This document shows positions 17,410-27,864 of a stretch of DNA of 42,949 bases, piece by piece. The DNA is from Escherichia phage ZH5. The first letter of the stretch is position 1. The number at the start of each line of letters is the position of its first letter. Where the stretch lies: the sequence record OM864357.1, one strand, 5' to 3'. Both the position numbers and the translations under genes were made by a program. The notes under the pieces are model-generated. The model was not told where the DNA came from and did no database searches. It saw only the letters and a list, made by a program, of their open reading frames with translations.

Positions 17410-19878
17410 ATGATTAGCGCCCTGAATACGGTTGTAGTACCAGAGGAAGCACTGGTGGAACGTCAGCTGGAGCTTGAAGAGACCTACAAGATTCGAGGTA
17501 TTGAGCGTGCTCGTAAGTTGATTACTGATGCTCTGCAGAATGGCGGGATTATGAACCTGCCAATGACTCAGCGCATGCTCACCTCTGCGTACGACGTGGC
17601 CTCTGTAGCCATTGAGGAAATGCGTAATGCCAAAGCCCCGGGTATCGGTGGAAAGTACCGCCGATTCCTACGCTTAGTCCCCTTGGATGTTCTAACTACT
17701 CTGAGCCTGTGCACAATGTTTGAGGCGTTCAGTGTTGCCCCTGGTGAGTCCGCCAGTCGCCGCCAGACAGCTCAGGCAGTGATGTCCGCTCTGGGTAGGA
17801 ATGTACAGTCAGAGCTGCTGGCCCTACAACTACGTAACGTTGCCCCAGCGTATATGGACCGGGTATATGAATACCTCACTGAGCGCCGTACTAAGTCGCC
17901 TACGCACATTCTGCGTACGCTCCGCGCCAGTGCTGAGAACGTGCACTATGGGCATGAGCCTTGGACCAACGCTCAGAATATTTCTGTGGGACGTCTGCTG
18001 TGTTCCGCAGTGTTTGAGACAGGGCTGTTCCAGTGGAAGACTGGTAGCGGGAACTTGAGTATGCTCTATCCCGCAGATAATGTTATGGAAGCATTTCAGC
18101 AGTTAGTGGAATCTGCTGACACTGTAACTATGAAGCCTCCGATGCTGGTACCGCCGGTGCAACATACTACACTGTGGGATGGTGGATACCTCACCCCAAT
18201 CGATAACCGTGGGACGTACCACAACTCGCACATTGACCGCGCCAGACTGCGTGAAGTAGCGGAAGCGTTTAAGTCTGCGGACGGTATCAAGAAGGCACTT
18301 AATAAGGCGCAGGAAACTCCTTATCGCATTAATAAGCGAATACTGGAACTGGTACAAGAAGCACGGGCCTTGGGTATTGGGGTAGGTATGCCCCGCTCAG
18401 TACCGGAGCCGAAGCCTGAGTGGTACTTGGACGGCGTGCCAAAAGAGAACTACACCGAAGAAGAACTGGACCGATTCGGTGAGTGGAAGACGCGTATGTC
18501 CCTATGGTACAGCGCAGACCGTAAGCGTGTATCGCAACTGCGTAGCCTGTTGACCACGCTGGAAATGGCGGAGGAATTCAAAGATGAGAAGGCCCTGTAC
18601 TTCCCGACTTGTGTGGACTGGCGTTACCGCCTGTACTTCAAGTCCTCGCTGCACCCCCAAGGTTCTGATTTGCAGAAGGCACTTCTTGAATTCGGACGAG
18701 GTAAACCTCTGGGAGAGAGAGGGTTGTTCTGGCTTAAAGTGCACGTCGCCACTTGCTTTGGTTATGACAAAACCCTATTCAAAGACCGCGCAGATTGGGT
18801 TGATAAAAATATGGCAGTTGTCCGCTCAGTTGCAGAGAATCCATTTGATTCGGACGCTTTTAAGCAGGCCGATTCACCGTGGTGTTTCTTGGCAGCAGTG
18901 CTCGACCTGGTGGCTGCTCTGGATTCTCCGTGCCCAGAAGAGTACATCTCCAGAACTCCGGTTGCTATGGATGCTACAAACTCAGGTGGGCAGCACCTCT
19001 CAGCGCTCCTGAGAGACCCTGTAGGCGGACGCCTGACGAACCTATACTGGGAGGGTAACGACAAGAAAGCGGACCTGTATATGGACGTGAAGCGCCGTAC
19101 GGACGAGAAGGTGATACTGGATCTGGACAAAGAGGATTTCGTTATCCAGAGCACGTACTGGAGAGAGAACGAAATCACTCGAAGCATGACCAAGCGTCCT
19201 AGCATGACCTACTTCTACAGCGCCACAGTGCGCAGCTGCAGCGACTACATCTTTGCAGGGGCCTGTGAAGAGGGGTATGAAGGAACAGACACGCACAGTC
19301 TCTGGAACTTATCATGCTACCTTGCCCCCAGAATGCGTAGCGCTATTGAGGAAGCTAACCCGGCAGCGGCAGCAGCTATGGGGTATCTGCAGAACCTCGC
19401 TAGGCGTGTACCTGCTAGTCAGCATCTGCAGTGGAAGACTCCACTAGGTGGGCTGGTGATGAACCGGTATTCTCAACGAGAGGAGGTGCGTGTACGTATT
19501 GACTGCATGAACTTGTCTGCCGTGCTGGTGCACAACCGTGACTTTAAGACCTGTAATAAGCGCAAGGCTGCCTCCGGTATTGCTCCGAACTTTGTGCATA
19601 GCCTAGATAGCACACACCTCATGATGGTGCTCTGTGCTGCAGAGGGTCTGGATATTGTCCCGATTCACGACTCAATGGCTACTCACGCATCTGATGTTGA
19701 TGCTCTGCACCGACATATACGCGAACAGTTTGTAAAGCTGTACGAGGAGCACGATCTTCTGGGGGATATTACCAGAGCAGCTGCCGAAGCAGGGGCGGAC
19801 CTCACAGACCTGGAGATGCCTGCAATCGGTACTTTGGACATCCGACAAGTGCTTGAATCTCCATTCTTCTTTTGCTAA
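17410..19878 (+). CDS. DNA-directed RNA polymerase, single-subunit T7-type
   Basis: PVAMDATNSGGQH corresponds to T7 RNAP motif A (D-x-x-x-SG) and PIHDSMATH to motif C (HDSF); 822 aa; AAGGAG RBS. Confidence 0.9.
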   Translation: MISALNTVVVPEEALVERQLELEETYKIRGIERARKLITDALQNGGIMNLPMTQRMLTSAYDVASVAIEEMRNAKAPGIGGKYRRFLRLVPLDVLTTLSLCTMFEAFSVAPGESASRRQTAQAVMSALGRNVQSELLALQLRNVAPAYMDRVYEYLTERRTKSPTHILRTLRASAENVHYGHEPWTNAQNISVGRLLCSAVFETGLFQWKTGSGNLSMLYPADNVMEAFQQLVESADTVTMKPPMLVPPVQHTTLWDGGYLTPIDNRGTYHNSHIDRARLREVAEAFKSADGIKKALNKAQETPYRINKRILELVQEARALGIGVGMPRSVPEPKPEWYLDGVPKENYTEEELDRFGEWKTRMSLWYSADRKRVSQLRSLLTTLEMAEEFKDEKALYFPTCVDWRYRLYFKSSLHPQGSDLQKALLEFGRGKPLGERGLFWLKVHVATCFGYDKTLFKDRADWVDKNMAVVRSVAENPFDSDAFKQADSPWCFLAAVLDLVAALDSPCPEEYISRTPVAMDATNSGGQHLSALLRDPVGGRLTNLYWEGNDKKADLYMDVKRRTDEKVILDLDKEDFVIQSTYWRENEITRSMTKRPSMTYFYSATVRSCSDYIFAGACEEGYEGTDTHSLWNLSCYLAPRMRSAIEEANPAAAAAMGYLQNLARRVPASQHLQWKTPLGGLVMNRYSQREEVRVRIDCMNLSAVLVHNRDFKTCNKRKAASGIAPNFVHSLDSTHLMMVLCAAEGLDIVPIHDSMATHASDVDALHRHIREQFVKLYEEHDLLGDITRAAAEAGADLTDLEMPAIGTLDIRQVLESPFFFC

Positions 19879-19902
19879 AAATTTAATGTTACAGGAGTAG
19901 GA

Positions 19903-20346
19903 ATGAAGTTAAAACACACTAGTAAAACACCCAATACTTACTCGCTAAAAGTCCTGCATAATCACGACGATATTAGAAAAGCAGTGGGAGCTCTGCACGA
20001 ACTCGGTCACGGCATCAGTAGGGGCCTTACCACAGAGCAACACTATTGGAGAGTACAAAAAAGTATAATAGGTAAACAGTATATACTAGGAGTCTATGAC
20101 TCCCAGGGCGACTTGGTCGGCGCTGTCAGTTACTACCCAAAAGCTGTAGAGGACTGCCATTACGTAGAGCCTGTGTTGTACACAGACTTCTTCGTATTGA
20201 AACCAGGAAACAGTGAGGCAATGCCTGTAGTTATGAAGGGTCTGCAAGAAATCGCTAAGTGTATGCGAGCTGGGCGCATCGCCATTAGTCGCAATACATC
20301 GGATAATACTTACAAAACAACTTACCATTTAGTGAGGTCAGCATGA
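19903..20346 (+). CDS. Hypothetical protein (147 aa)
   Basis: AGGAG RBS; first gene after RNAP. Confidence 0.6.
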   Translation: MKLKHTSKTPNTYSLKVLHNHDDIRKAVGALHELGHGISRGLTTEQHYWRVQKSIIGKQYILGVYDSQGDLVGAVSYYPKAVEDCHYVEPVLYTDFFVLKPGNSEAMPVVMKGLQEIAKCMRAGRIAISRNTSDNTYKTTYHLVRSA

Positions 20347-20606
20347 GCGGTGGATTAGGTAAACTGTTAGGTAAGGCCACGGATATGCTTGGCCTTACTG
20401 ATAACGAAGGATTAGAACAACAGCAGCGCATGGCACAACAGCAGGCTGAAGCAGCAAAACAGCAGGCAGCCTTAGAGGCTAACAGTGCAGCTGACAATAT
20501 TGCTGAGGTAAACCCCTCCGGCGCGGCCTCTGCATCTGCAGATGCAATTACGTCTGAGCAGAAGAAACGGCGACGGGCAGGGCAGAGCAACCCCCTGGGC
20601 CTGTAA
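20343..20606 (+). CDS. Hypothetical virion-associated protein (87 aa, Gln/Ala-rich)
   Basis: ATG overlaps the upstream stop; immediately precedes the portal gene. Confidence 0.55.
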   Translation: MSGGLGKLLGKATDMLGLTDNEGLEQQQRMAQQQAEAAKQQAALEANSAADNIAEVNPSGAASASADAITSEQKKRRRAGQSNPLGL

Positions 20607-20615
20607 GGAGGAAGC

Positions 20616-22211
20616 TTGGACTATAAAAAGACATTAGCGGAACTGTTCCTGGGGGACCAGGATGCTGGCGTACTGGATGCGTCAGAGAAGTTTGCTGAGT
20701 GGACGCTGCCTACAATCTTTACCCGAGAGCTCTACACTGATGGGCGGCGTATGCAGCTTAGTCGAGACTATCAGAGTACAGGTGCTCAGCTGGTCAATAC
20801 AGCAGCGACTAAAATTGTAGGTGCGTTATTCCCGCAAGGTACCAGCTTCTTTCGGTTCTCTAAGAGTGCAGCCCTTGACAACTTTATTAGTAGTCTGGGA
20901 AGTTCTAGCACTGCGGAATCCCGTTTATCCGAGGTAGAGAACACCGCCTCTCAGAAGGTGTTTGAGAAGGATGGGTATGCTGCTAAGCTTCAAGCTGTGA
21001 AGTTGCTGCTTATCACCGGGAACGCATTGGAGTATATCGATGAAAGAACCGGGAAATCCATTATCTACTCGGTCCGTAACTTTACCGTTCGAAGGGACGG
21101 TAGCGGGAACGTGCTGCGACTCATTATCAAAGAGCGCGCCAGCATCCAGGACCTCCCAGAAGACATTCAAAAAGCACACTACAATGGTCGAGACCCATAC
21201 AGCGACATTGATATCTACACTGCCGCTTGTCGTAAGATTAAGCACCTTCCAAATGGAGAGGAAGCAGTAAGCTATGAGGTGTATCAAGAAGTTGATGGCC
21301 GTCGCCTAGGTGAGAGCAGCACCTACCCTGAGCTGGAACTTCCGTATAACGTATTGGTGTGGAACCTAGTTAACGGTGAGCACTACGGACGCGGTCTGGT
21401 GGAAGACTATGCGGGTGACTTTGCGCGACTGTCTGTGCTGACCGAAGCGTTGACCAACTACGAGATTGAGGCTTCCCGCCTTATCCCTATGGTTGATGCT
21501 AGTTCTGGACTGGATGTGGACGAGTTCTCTCAAGCCGAGACTGGTGAGGCAGTACAGGTTGGCGGTGGTGGTAGTAATGGTAACACCAAGTCCCCTGTAA
21601 CAGCTTACGAGGGTGGTGCAGCTCAGAAGATTCAGTGGATTGCCAGTGACATTCAGATGCTTGAGCAGAAACTGGCTCGTGCATTTATGTACACCGGCAA
21701 TGCTCGACAGGGTGAGCGTGTAACTGCTTATGAGATTCGTCAGAATGCTAAAGAGGCAGAGTATGCTATGGGTGGTGGATTCAGCATCCTCAGTGACTCC
21801 TGGCTGCGTAAGCTCGCGTACCTGTATACTATCGTGGCATATCCTAAGTTCAAGGTGTATCTCACCGAGGGCGTAGTGGATATCAACGTGATGGTAGGTA
21901 CTGCAGCACTAGCTAAAGCAGCAGCAGCAGATAAACTGCTAGAAGCTACCCAGGCTATGCAGCTGGCTATTCCTGTGCTCAAACAGCTTACTCCTCGCTT
22001 TAATGAGGATGCCTGCGTAGATTGGTACTTGGATGCATACGGTATTGTAAGTGGACCGTTCATGCTCACAGAAGAGCAACTGCAAGAGAAGCAGCAAGTT
22101 CAAGATAATGCAGCGGCGGCATCGGCAGCACAAGCACAGTCGCAGGTACAAGATCTCCAGGCAGCGGATCCTACTGTAGCAGGACAACAACTAGGCCTGT
22201 TACCGGGCTAA
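20616..22211 (+). CDS. Head-tail connector (portal) protein
   Basis: 531 aa, the size and position of T7 gp8; TTG start with AGGAGG 5 nt upstream. Confidence 0.75.
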   Translation: MDYKKTLAELFLGDQDAGVLDASEKFAEWTLPTIFTRELYTDGRRMQLSRDYQSTGAQLVNTAATKIVGALFPQGTSFFRFSKSAALDNFISSLGSSSTAESRLSEVENTASQKVFEKDGYAAKLQAVKLLLITGNALEYIDERTGKSIIYSVRNFTVRRDGSGNVLRLIIKERASIQDLPEDIQKAHYNGRDPYSDIDIYTAACRKIKHLPNGEEAVSYEVYQEVDGRRLGESSTYPELELPYNVLVWNLVNGEHYGRGLVEDYAGDFARLSVLTEALTNYEIEASRLIPMVDASSGLDVDEFSQAETGEAVQVGGGGSNGNTKSPVTAYEGGAAQKIQWIASDIQMLEQKLARAFMYTGNARQGERVTAYEIRQNAKEAEYAMGGGFSILSDSWLRKLAYLYTIVAYPKFKVYLTEGVVDINVMVGTAALAKAAAADKLLEATQAMQLAIPVLKQLTPRFNEDACVDWYLDAYGIVSGPFMLTEEQLQEKQQVQDNAAAASAAQAQSQVQDLQAADPTVAGQQLGLLPG

Positions 22212-22225
22212 CAACAGAGGTATAA

Positions 22226-23098
22226 ATGGACGGCGTAGAAACCACTCAAACTAACGTAACAACTACCCAGGTAGAGAACCAAGGCGGCCCTAAGATTCCG
22301 GGCCTGGGCGCTCCTCTTAACGCCCCAAATAATCAGGGTGTGCAGGATGCGCAGATCTCTATGCAGCAGCAACAGGGCAAAGATTCCCCTGCATCTGCAG
22401 TAGTTCCACCAGCAGCTCCAGCACAGATTCCTCTGGATATCGAAGCCCTAAAAGCGGCCCTTAATGACAAGGGTGGCGAAAGCGCCAAAGAGCAGCCTCA
22501 GGAGCTAGCCCAAACAGGCAACCCGACAATTGATGCCGGTGTAGCAATGTTGAAGCAAGTCTCTGGGTTAACTGACTCGGACATGGTGCGGGCACTTAGT
22601 AAGGCCCTGGAGTATCAGGACCCTAACCTAATCGATACAGCCTTCATCAAGGAGCGCTTCGGTGAGCACGCTGCGTATGCAGAGCTGCTGGCTAAGGCGT
22701 ATCTTGAAGACCAGGTGGGACAAGCCACTAAGGCTGTACAGGAAGCGTATGACCTCGTAGGCGGGAAGGAGAATTGGGAGGTAGCAGCGCAGCTATTTAA
22801 TTCCAAGGCTCCAGAGCCTCTGCGTAAGGCTGCACGAGTCCTAGCTGATTCTGGTGAGCTTAAACAGGCAGCAGAGTTGGTGGCAGGTTACTGCCGTGAT
22901 ATGGGTCTTATCAAGACCTCAAATCCATTGGTACGTGGTGTCCCTGGCAACAATGCCTTGTCCGCTGCGGACTTCAAAGTAGAGTATGCTAAACTGCGTC
23001 AGGAGGCAGGGAACCGAAGCCTGGAATCTCAACAGTTCAGTCAACGTTATCACGATTTACTCGCACGCCGTGAAGCCGGTAAACGCGTAGGTCTTTAA
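22226..23098 (+). CDS. Capsid assembly scaffolding protein
   Basis: 290 aa, acidic, Ala/Gln-rich and predicted helical; lies between portal and capsid genes. Confidence 0.65.
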   Translation: MDGVETTQTNVTTTQVENQGGPKIPGLGAPLNAPNNQGVQDAQISMQQQQGKDSPASAVVPPAAPAQIPLDIEALKAALNDKGGESAKEQPQELAQTGNPTIDAGVAMLKQVSGLTDSDMVRALSKALEYQDPNLIDTAFIKERFGEHAAYAELLAKAYLEDQVGQATKAVQEAYDLVGGKENWEVAAQLFNSKAPEPLRKAARVLADSGELKQAAELVAGYCRDMGLIKTSNPLVRGVPGNNALSAADFKVEYAKLRQEAGNRSLESQQFSQRYHDLLARREAGKRVGL

Positions 23099-23110
23099 TA
23101 TCATTTAACT

Positions 23111-23587
23111 ATGGAGGTAAACCTCTTGAAAGAAATTGCAGCGCGCTATACTTATACTCCTGAGGGTCGTCTAGTTAGTAAAGTCACTGGAAGTTACGGG
23201 GACACCTACATCAATAACTGGGGTTATCGCCGAGTTACTTGGGACAGGGGAAAGCTTGGGCGGGTACGTGAGTATGCCCACCGCTTGGTGTGGTTTATGC
23301 ACTACGGGGATATACCAGAGGGTTTAATGGTAGACCATATCAACCTAGACAGGTGTGATAATCGCATTGAGAATCTACGGCTAGTAGACAAATCTGGGAA
23401 TGCCCAAAACTCTAAATGGAGAGGGTGCTTCTGGGATAAGCGGGAGGGCAAATGGCGCGCAGCTATTAAGTTAAATGGGAAAACGAAGCACCTCGGGTAT
23501 TTTGACTGCGAGCAAGCAGCACGGGATGCCTATCTAGTAGCAAAATCTGAGATGCACGAGTATGCGTCTATTCATGTACTTAAATAA
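23111..23587 (+). CDS. HNH homing endonuclease with AP2-like DNA-binding domain
   Basis: VDHINLDRCDNRIENLRLV HNH motif plus a C-terminal AP2-like segment; inserted between scaffold and capsid genes. Confidence 0.8.
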   Translation: MEVNLLKEIAARYTYTPEGRLVSKVTGSYGDTYINNWGYRRVTWDRGKLGRVREYAHRLVWFMHYGDIPEGLMVDHINLDRCDNRIENLRLVDKSGNAQNSKWRGCFWDKREGKWRAAIKLNGKTKHLGYFDCEQAARDAYLVAKSEMHEYASIHVLK

Positions 23588-23599
23588 AGGAAATTAAAT

Positions 23600-24619
23600 A
23601 TGGCTGATACCATTTATAAGGCAGGGGATACAAGAGCACACTGGGGCGGCGCGGCGTCCGACGTCGATATTCACCTGGAAGTGTACCAGAACGAAGTGGA
23701 CACCCGCTTCCAGTACCAGGCGCTGTTCCTAGGCCTCTCTAGCCAGCGCTCTATCAGCGGCTCTAACACCTACCGTATCGACCGCCTGAATACCTCTGCG
23801 GTGAAGGGTCGTCGTTCTGGTGAAGCGCTGGATAGCACTCCGGTCCGTAACGATAAGATGATTATCGTGGTGGATACGGTGCTGTACATCCGTAACCCAA
23901 TCGACTACCAGGACGACTGGACTGGTCCGGACTTCCTCTCTGAGATGGGTCAGAACAACGGTTCCGAATTCGCGGAGACCTTCGACCAGGCGCACCTGAT
24001 TCAGCTCATCAAGGGCCGTTCCTGGGTTGCACCAGAGCACCTGAAGCCTGCGTTCAACGACGGTATCGAAGTAGGTGCCTCTATCCTCGTAGCGGGTAAC
24101 ACTCCGGATAAGCAGCTGACTCAGGCTGAGATGGAAGCCAACGCCATGAACATCAACCTGGCTCACAAGGCTGGTATCGATGAACTCATCAAGCGTAAGA
24201 CCCCTCTGATGGATATGATTACTCTGGTGGACGTGGATACCTACTCCCGACTGCTGGAGCATCCGAAGCTGTTAAATCTCGAGTTCGGCGCGACTAACGA
24301 CGATGGCTATAAGAATCGCCGGGTTGTGAAGATGAACGGTGTGCCGGTAGTAGAGTGCACTGAGTTCCCGACCGAAGCTGGTACGCACCCGCTGGGTTCG
24401 GCTTACACCGTTACCGCGGATGATGCGAAGTGCCGCATGGTAACTTTCAGCAAGTCCAAGACCCTGGTGACGGTAGAGGCTAAGCCGTTCACTTCTCGTA
24501 TCTGGGATGACCAGCGCGAGTTCAACAACGTTCTGGACTGCTACGCGATGTACAACATCGGCCTGCGTCGTCCGGATACAGCGGCAGTGACTAAGTTCAC
24601 CTTCACCACTAAAATCTGA
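23600..24619 (+). CDS. Major capsid protein
   Basis: 339 aa; AAGGA RBS; position after the scaffold gene and before a strong terminator, as in T7-like late operons. Confidence 0.75.
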   Translation: MADTIYKAGDTRAHWGGAASDVDIHLEVYQNEVDTRFQYQALFLGLSSQRSISGSNTYRIDRLNTSAVKGRRSGEALDSTPVRNDKMIIVVDTVLYIRNPIDYQDDWTGPDFLSEMGQNNGSEFAETFDQAHLIQLIKGRSWVAPEHLKPAFNDGIEVGASILVAGNTPDKQLTQAEMEANAMNINLAHKAGIDELIKRKTPLMDMITLVDVDTYSRLLEHPKLLNLEFGATNDDGYKNRRVVKMNGVPVVECTEFPTEAGTHPLGSAYTVTADDAKCRMVTFSKSKTLVTVEAKPFTSRIWDDQREFNNVLDCYAMYNIGLRRPDTAAVTKFTFTTKI

Positions 24620-24630
24620 TTGGAGGTTAA

Positions 24631-24828
24631 ATGGCAGTAATCGCCGTGTTCGGTCTGGAGACTCTCCAGGCCAACGCTGCTCAACGTGAGGCGGTAAAAG
24701 CCGCCTCTGAGGTAGCGAAGCACATTCAAGTAGGTTCGGTAGAATCTGGCCGTAAAGCTACTAAGCGTACCCGCAAAGCTGTTGATGCAGTAGCCGACGC
24801 AGCAGCTGGTACAGAAACTAAAGAGTAA
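24631..24828 (+). CDS. Hypothetical protein (65 aa), possibly a minor capsid protein
   Basis: GGAGG RBS; separate gene, with a stop codon immediately 5' of its ATG in that frame. Confidence 0.5.
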   Translation: MAVIAVFGLETLQANAAQREAVKAASEVAKHIQVGSVESGRKATKRTRKAVDAVADAAAGTETKE

Positions 24829-24833
24829 TATGC

Positions 24834-24869
24834 GCCCCTGGTGCCTTCGGGTGCCGGGGGCTTTTTTTT
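24834..24869 (+). terminator. Rho-independent terminator
   Basis: 12-bp GC-rich stem (gcccctggtgcc / ttcg / ggtgccgggggc, with G-U pairs) followed by T8. Confidence 0.8.
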
Positions 24870-24914
24870 GTCCCTGTCTTAAGGGTCCTAGGGGTCTTTA
24901 ATAGAGGAACAAAT

Positions 24915-25475
24915 ATGAGAGAATTAGACGCCATTAATTTGACGCTGGAAGCCCTAGGGGAGTCTCGCGTTATGGATATCAACACTTCAAACCCTAGTGC
25001 GGGGTTAGCACGTTCTGCGCTCGCGCGTAATCGCAGAGGGTTGCTCAGTACTGGTTACTGGTTCAATGTAGTTGAGCGAGAGGTTACTCCTACGACTGAC
25101 GGTTTTATTAAAATTCCATGGAACCAGCTAGCAGTGTATGATGCGTGCTCCGACAATAAGTATGGTGTACGTGATGGAAACCTTTACAACCTGGTCGAGC
25201 AGGACGAGTACTTCGATTCCCCTGTTAGGATTAAGGTGGTGTTGGACCTCAACTTTGAGGATCTCCCAGAGCACGCCGCCATGTGGATTGCAAACTACAC
25301 TGCTGCGCAGGTGTACCTGAATGACCTTGGCAGTGACGGCAATTACGCCAACTACGCTGCAGAGGCGGAGCGGTACAAGTCCCTGGTGTTGCGAGAGCAT
25401 CTGCGTAACCAGAAGTACAGTACCAGTAAGACCAGATTCGCACGTCGTATTCGTCGTGCACGCTTCATGATTTAA
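24915..25475 (+). CDS. Tail tubular protein A (T7 gp11-like)
   Basis: 186 aa; position and size; first of the tail tube pair. Confidence 0.7.
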   Translation: MRELDAINLTLEALGESRVMDINTSNPSAGLARSALARNRRGLLSTGYWFNVVEREVTPTTDGFIKIPWNQLAVYDACSDNKYGVRDGNLYNLVEQDEYFDSPVRIKVVLDLNFEDLPEHAAMWIANYTAAQVYLNDLGSDGNYANYAAEAERYKSLVLREHLRNQKYSTSKTRFARRIRRARFMI

Positions 25476-25484
25476 GGAGGGCAC

Positions 25485-27863
25485 ATGGCCCAGTCCCTAG
25501 AGGGTACCATTCAGAGTTTGCTCCAGGGCGTGTCCCAGCAGATTCCAAGAGAGCGCCAGCCTGGGCAACTTGGGGCGCAACTGAACATGCTCAGTGACCC
25601 GGTATCCGGAATACGTAGACGACCCCCAGCAGAGATTGTATGGGAGAGTAGTATCGACAATCCGGATTTAGACTCACTGTATACAGAATACGTTGAGCGT
25701 GGTTCCGACGGTAGGCACCTGCTGATTAACACCCGTAACGGTAATTGGTGGTTATTGTCCAAGGACGGTAAATCTATTGTAAACAGCGGGAACGACCCGT
25801 ACTTCGTAACAACGGTAGGTCAAACCTCTATCCAGACTGCGAGCATTGCTGGGTTGACCTACATCCTGAATACGGAGATGGCCCCAAATGCGACCGTGGA
25901 CAACACTGGTCGAATTGACCCGAGCACCACGGGATTCTTCTACATCAAGACGGTGGCCTTTCAGAAGCGTTGGGAGGTTACTGTATCCTGGACAGGTGGT
26001 TCCGTATCAGGTTACTATAATGCCCCCGACTCAAGTAGCGCCGAATCGGCAGAGTGGGTTTCAGCACCTTATGTAGTTAGGGCCTTAATCGATGGGGATC
26101 CTAATGGTCGGGGTATAGGCTCAGCTATTACGGCGGCTGGTGGAAGTATAAGCCGTTTCGAGGGGTATATGTATATATCCGGGCTGCCTAATCTCGTAGT
26201 CAGTACGTCTGCTGGAGACACCTACGCCGTGGCATCTGGGCAGAGTAGGGTTCATCAAGAACAGGATTTACCTGCACAGCTACCAGCACAGGCTCACGGT
26301 ACGATGTGCCAAGTGGGTACAGCTTCAGCTGAGACAGCATGGTATCAGTTCGACTATAATTCCCGCACCTGGTCTGAAGTTGGAGCCTATGGTAGCATCT
26401 CCAAAATTACTAACATGCCCCGGGAACTAGCATCGGATGATAACATCATTGCTCGTGAATGGGAGGGGCGTCTTGCTGGGAACGACGAAAACAATCAGGA
26501 TCCTGGGTTTATTGAGAATGGTTACATTACAGGTATAGCAGCATTCCAGGGCCGTCTGGTGCTGCTTAGTGGTAGTGTAGTGGACATGTCAGCCTCTGGG
26601 CTGTATCAGCGATTCTATCGCTCTACAGTAACCTCTCTGCTGGATACAGACCGTATCAGCATTAGCTCGGCATCTGCTCAGGATTCCGTGTACCGTACAG
26701 CTATACAATTCAACCGAGACTTGGTTCTGTTTGCAAATAGCATGCAGGCTGTAGTGCCTGGGTCAGCAGTGCTTACTCCAACTAACGCCAGTATCAGCAT
26801 CACTAGCACCTACGAATGTGACAGCCGAGTAACGCCAGTAATGGCTGGGCAGACTGTGATTTACCCGAACAAGCGCAACAACAGCTACGCGGGTATTCTG
26901 GAGCTTATCCCATCCCCGTATACTGCCTCACAATATACTACGCAGGATGCGACTGTGCATCTCCCTCGGTATATCCATGGGAGGGTGCTGCAGATGCAAA
27001 ACTCCAGTGTCACTAATATGGCGTTTGTGCGTATGTCCGGACAGCGCAAGAGTCTGCTGGTATATGAGTTCATGTGGGGTGGACAGGATGGTGGTAAGGT
27101 GCAATCAGCCTGGCACCAATGGACGTTCCCGTATAATATTCTGAGCGTGCAGGCACTTGAAGATGAAGTGTTCCTGTACCTGCAAGGGCCTAGTCCCGGT
27201 AATAAACTTCTAATTTTAGCTATGGACCCCCGCGAAGGGTACAACCTCGGCAGCGAGTATACGGATGCGTACTCGGACTTGCAGACGCAAGTTACTGTAA
27301 GCGGAGGGGTACTAGACGTGCCCGCAGTGCTGCGTCCGGTTGGTTGGGCAGATACATACAAAGAGGACTTAATCCTTACGTATCCAGCCAATAGCCCCAT
27401 GGGGCCTACTGAGGTGGGTCTCAAGGATATTGCCGGTACAAACCAGCTCAGCGTAGTGCGAGGTGTTCCTGATGGGCAGTATATCCTGGGTCGCAGGTAC
27501 AATAGCTCATTCACTCTGACTACCCCAGTACTCCGGGATCAGAATGATAAGCTAGTTGGTAGTGGGCACGTGCGCTTACTGCGTCTGGATGTAGCAGTAC
27601 GTAACTCCGGGCACTTTGATGTGCATGTAACGGATACGCCCCGGGATGTTGATTGGAGTGGAGAACTCACAGGTATCTTGATGAACTCCAAGGAGCTGAC
27701 GCTGGGGCAGACCTTGCGTATGGACTTGGCTACCATCACAGTACCGTGCCGTACTAACGCGGACACTACCGAAATCACTTTGTATACAAAAGGCTCCCAG
27801 GAGCTTAACGTGCTGGATATCTCTTATATCCTGCGCTACAACCAACGCAGACGGAGGATTTAA
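25485..27863 (+). CDS. Tail tubular protein B (T7 gp12-like)
   Basis: 792 aa; GGAGGG RBS; follows tail tube A. Confidence 0.75.
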   Translation: MAQSLEGTIQSLLQGVSQQIPRERQPGQLGAQLNMLSDPVSGIRRRPPAEIVWESSIDNPDLDSLYTEYVERGSDGRHLLINTRNGNWWLLSKDGKSIVNSGNDPYFVTTVGQTSIQTASIAGLTYILNTEMAPNATVDNTGRIDPSTTGFFYIKTVAFQKRWEVTVSWTGGSVSGYYNAPDSSSAESAEWVSAPYVVRALIDGDPNGRGIGSAITAAGGSISRFEGYMYISGLPNLVVSTSAGDTYAVASGQSRVHQEQDLPAQLPAQAHGTMCQVGTASAETAWYQFDYNSRTWSEVGAYGSISKITNMPRELASDDNIIAREWEGRLAGNDENNQDPGFIENGYITGIAAFQGRLVLLSGSVVDMSASGLYQRFYRSTVTSLLDTDRISISSASAQDSVYRTAIQFNRDLVLFANSMQAVVPGSAVLTPTNASISITSTYECDSRVTPVMAGQTVIYPNKRNNSYAGILELIPSPYTASQYTTQDATVHLPRYIHGRVLQMQNSSVTNMAFVRMSGQRKSLLVYEFMWGGQDGGKVQSAWHQWTFPYNILSVQALEDEVFLYLQGPSPGNKLLILAMDPREGYNLGSEYTDAYSDLQTQVTVSGGVLDVPAVLRPVGWADTYKEDLILTYPANSPMGPTEVGLKDIAGTNQLSVVRGVPDGQYILGRRYNSSFTLTTPVLRDQNDKLVGSGHVRLLRLDVAVRNSGHFDVHVTDTPRDVDWSGELTGILMNSKELTLGQTLRMDLATITVPCRTNADTTEITLYTKGSQELNVLDISYILRYNQRRRRI

Positions 27864-27864
27864 T

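Noticed and set aside
24605-24635. T7-like -1 frameshift extension of the major capsid protein into the downstream 65-aa ORF
   Set aside because: The downstream ORF is in the -1 frame, but a TAA at 24628-24630 in that frame lies between the capsid stop and the downstream ATG, and the ORF has its own GGAGG RBS. It is a separate gene.
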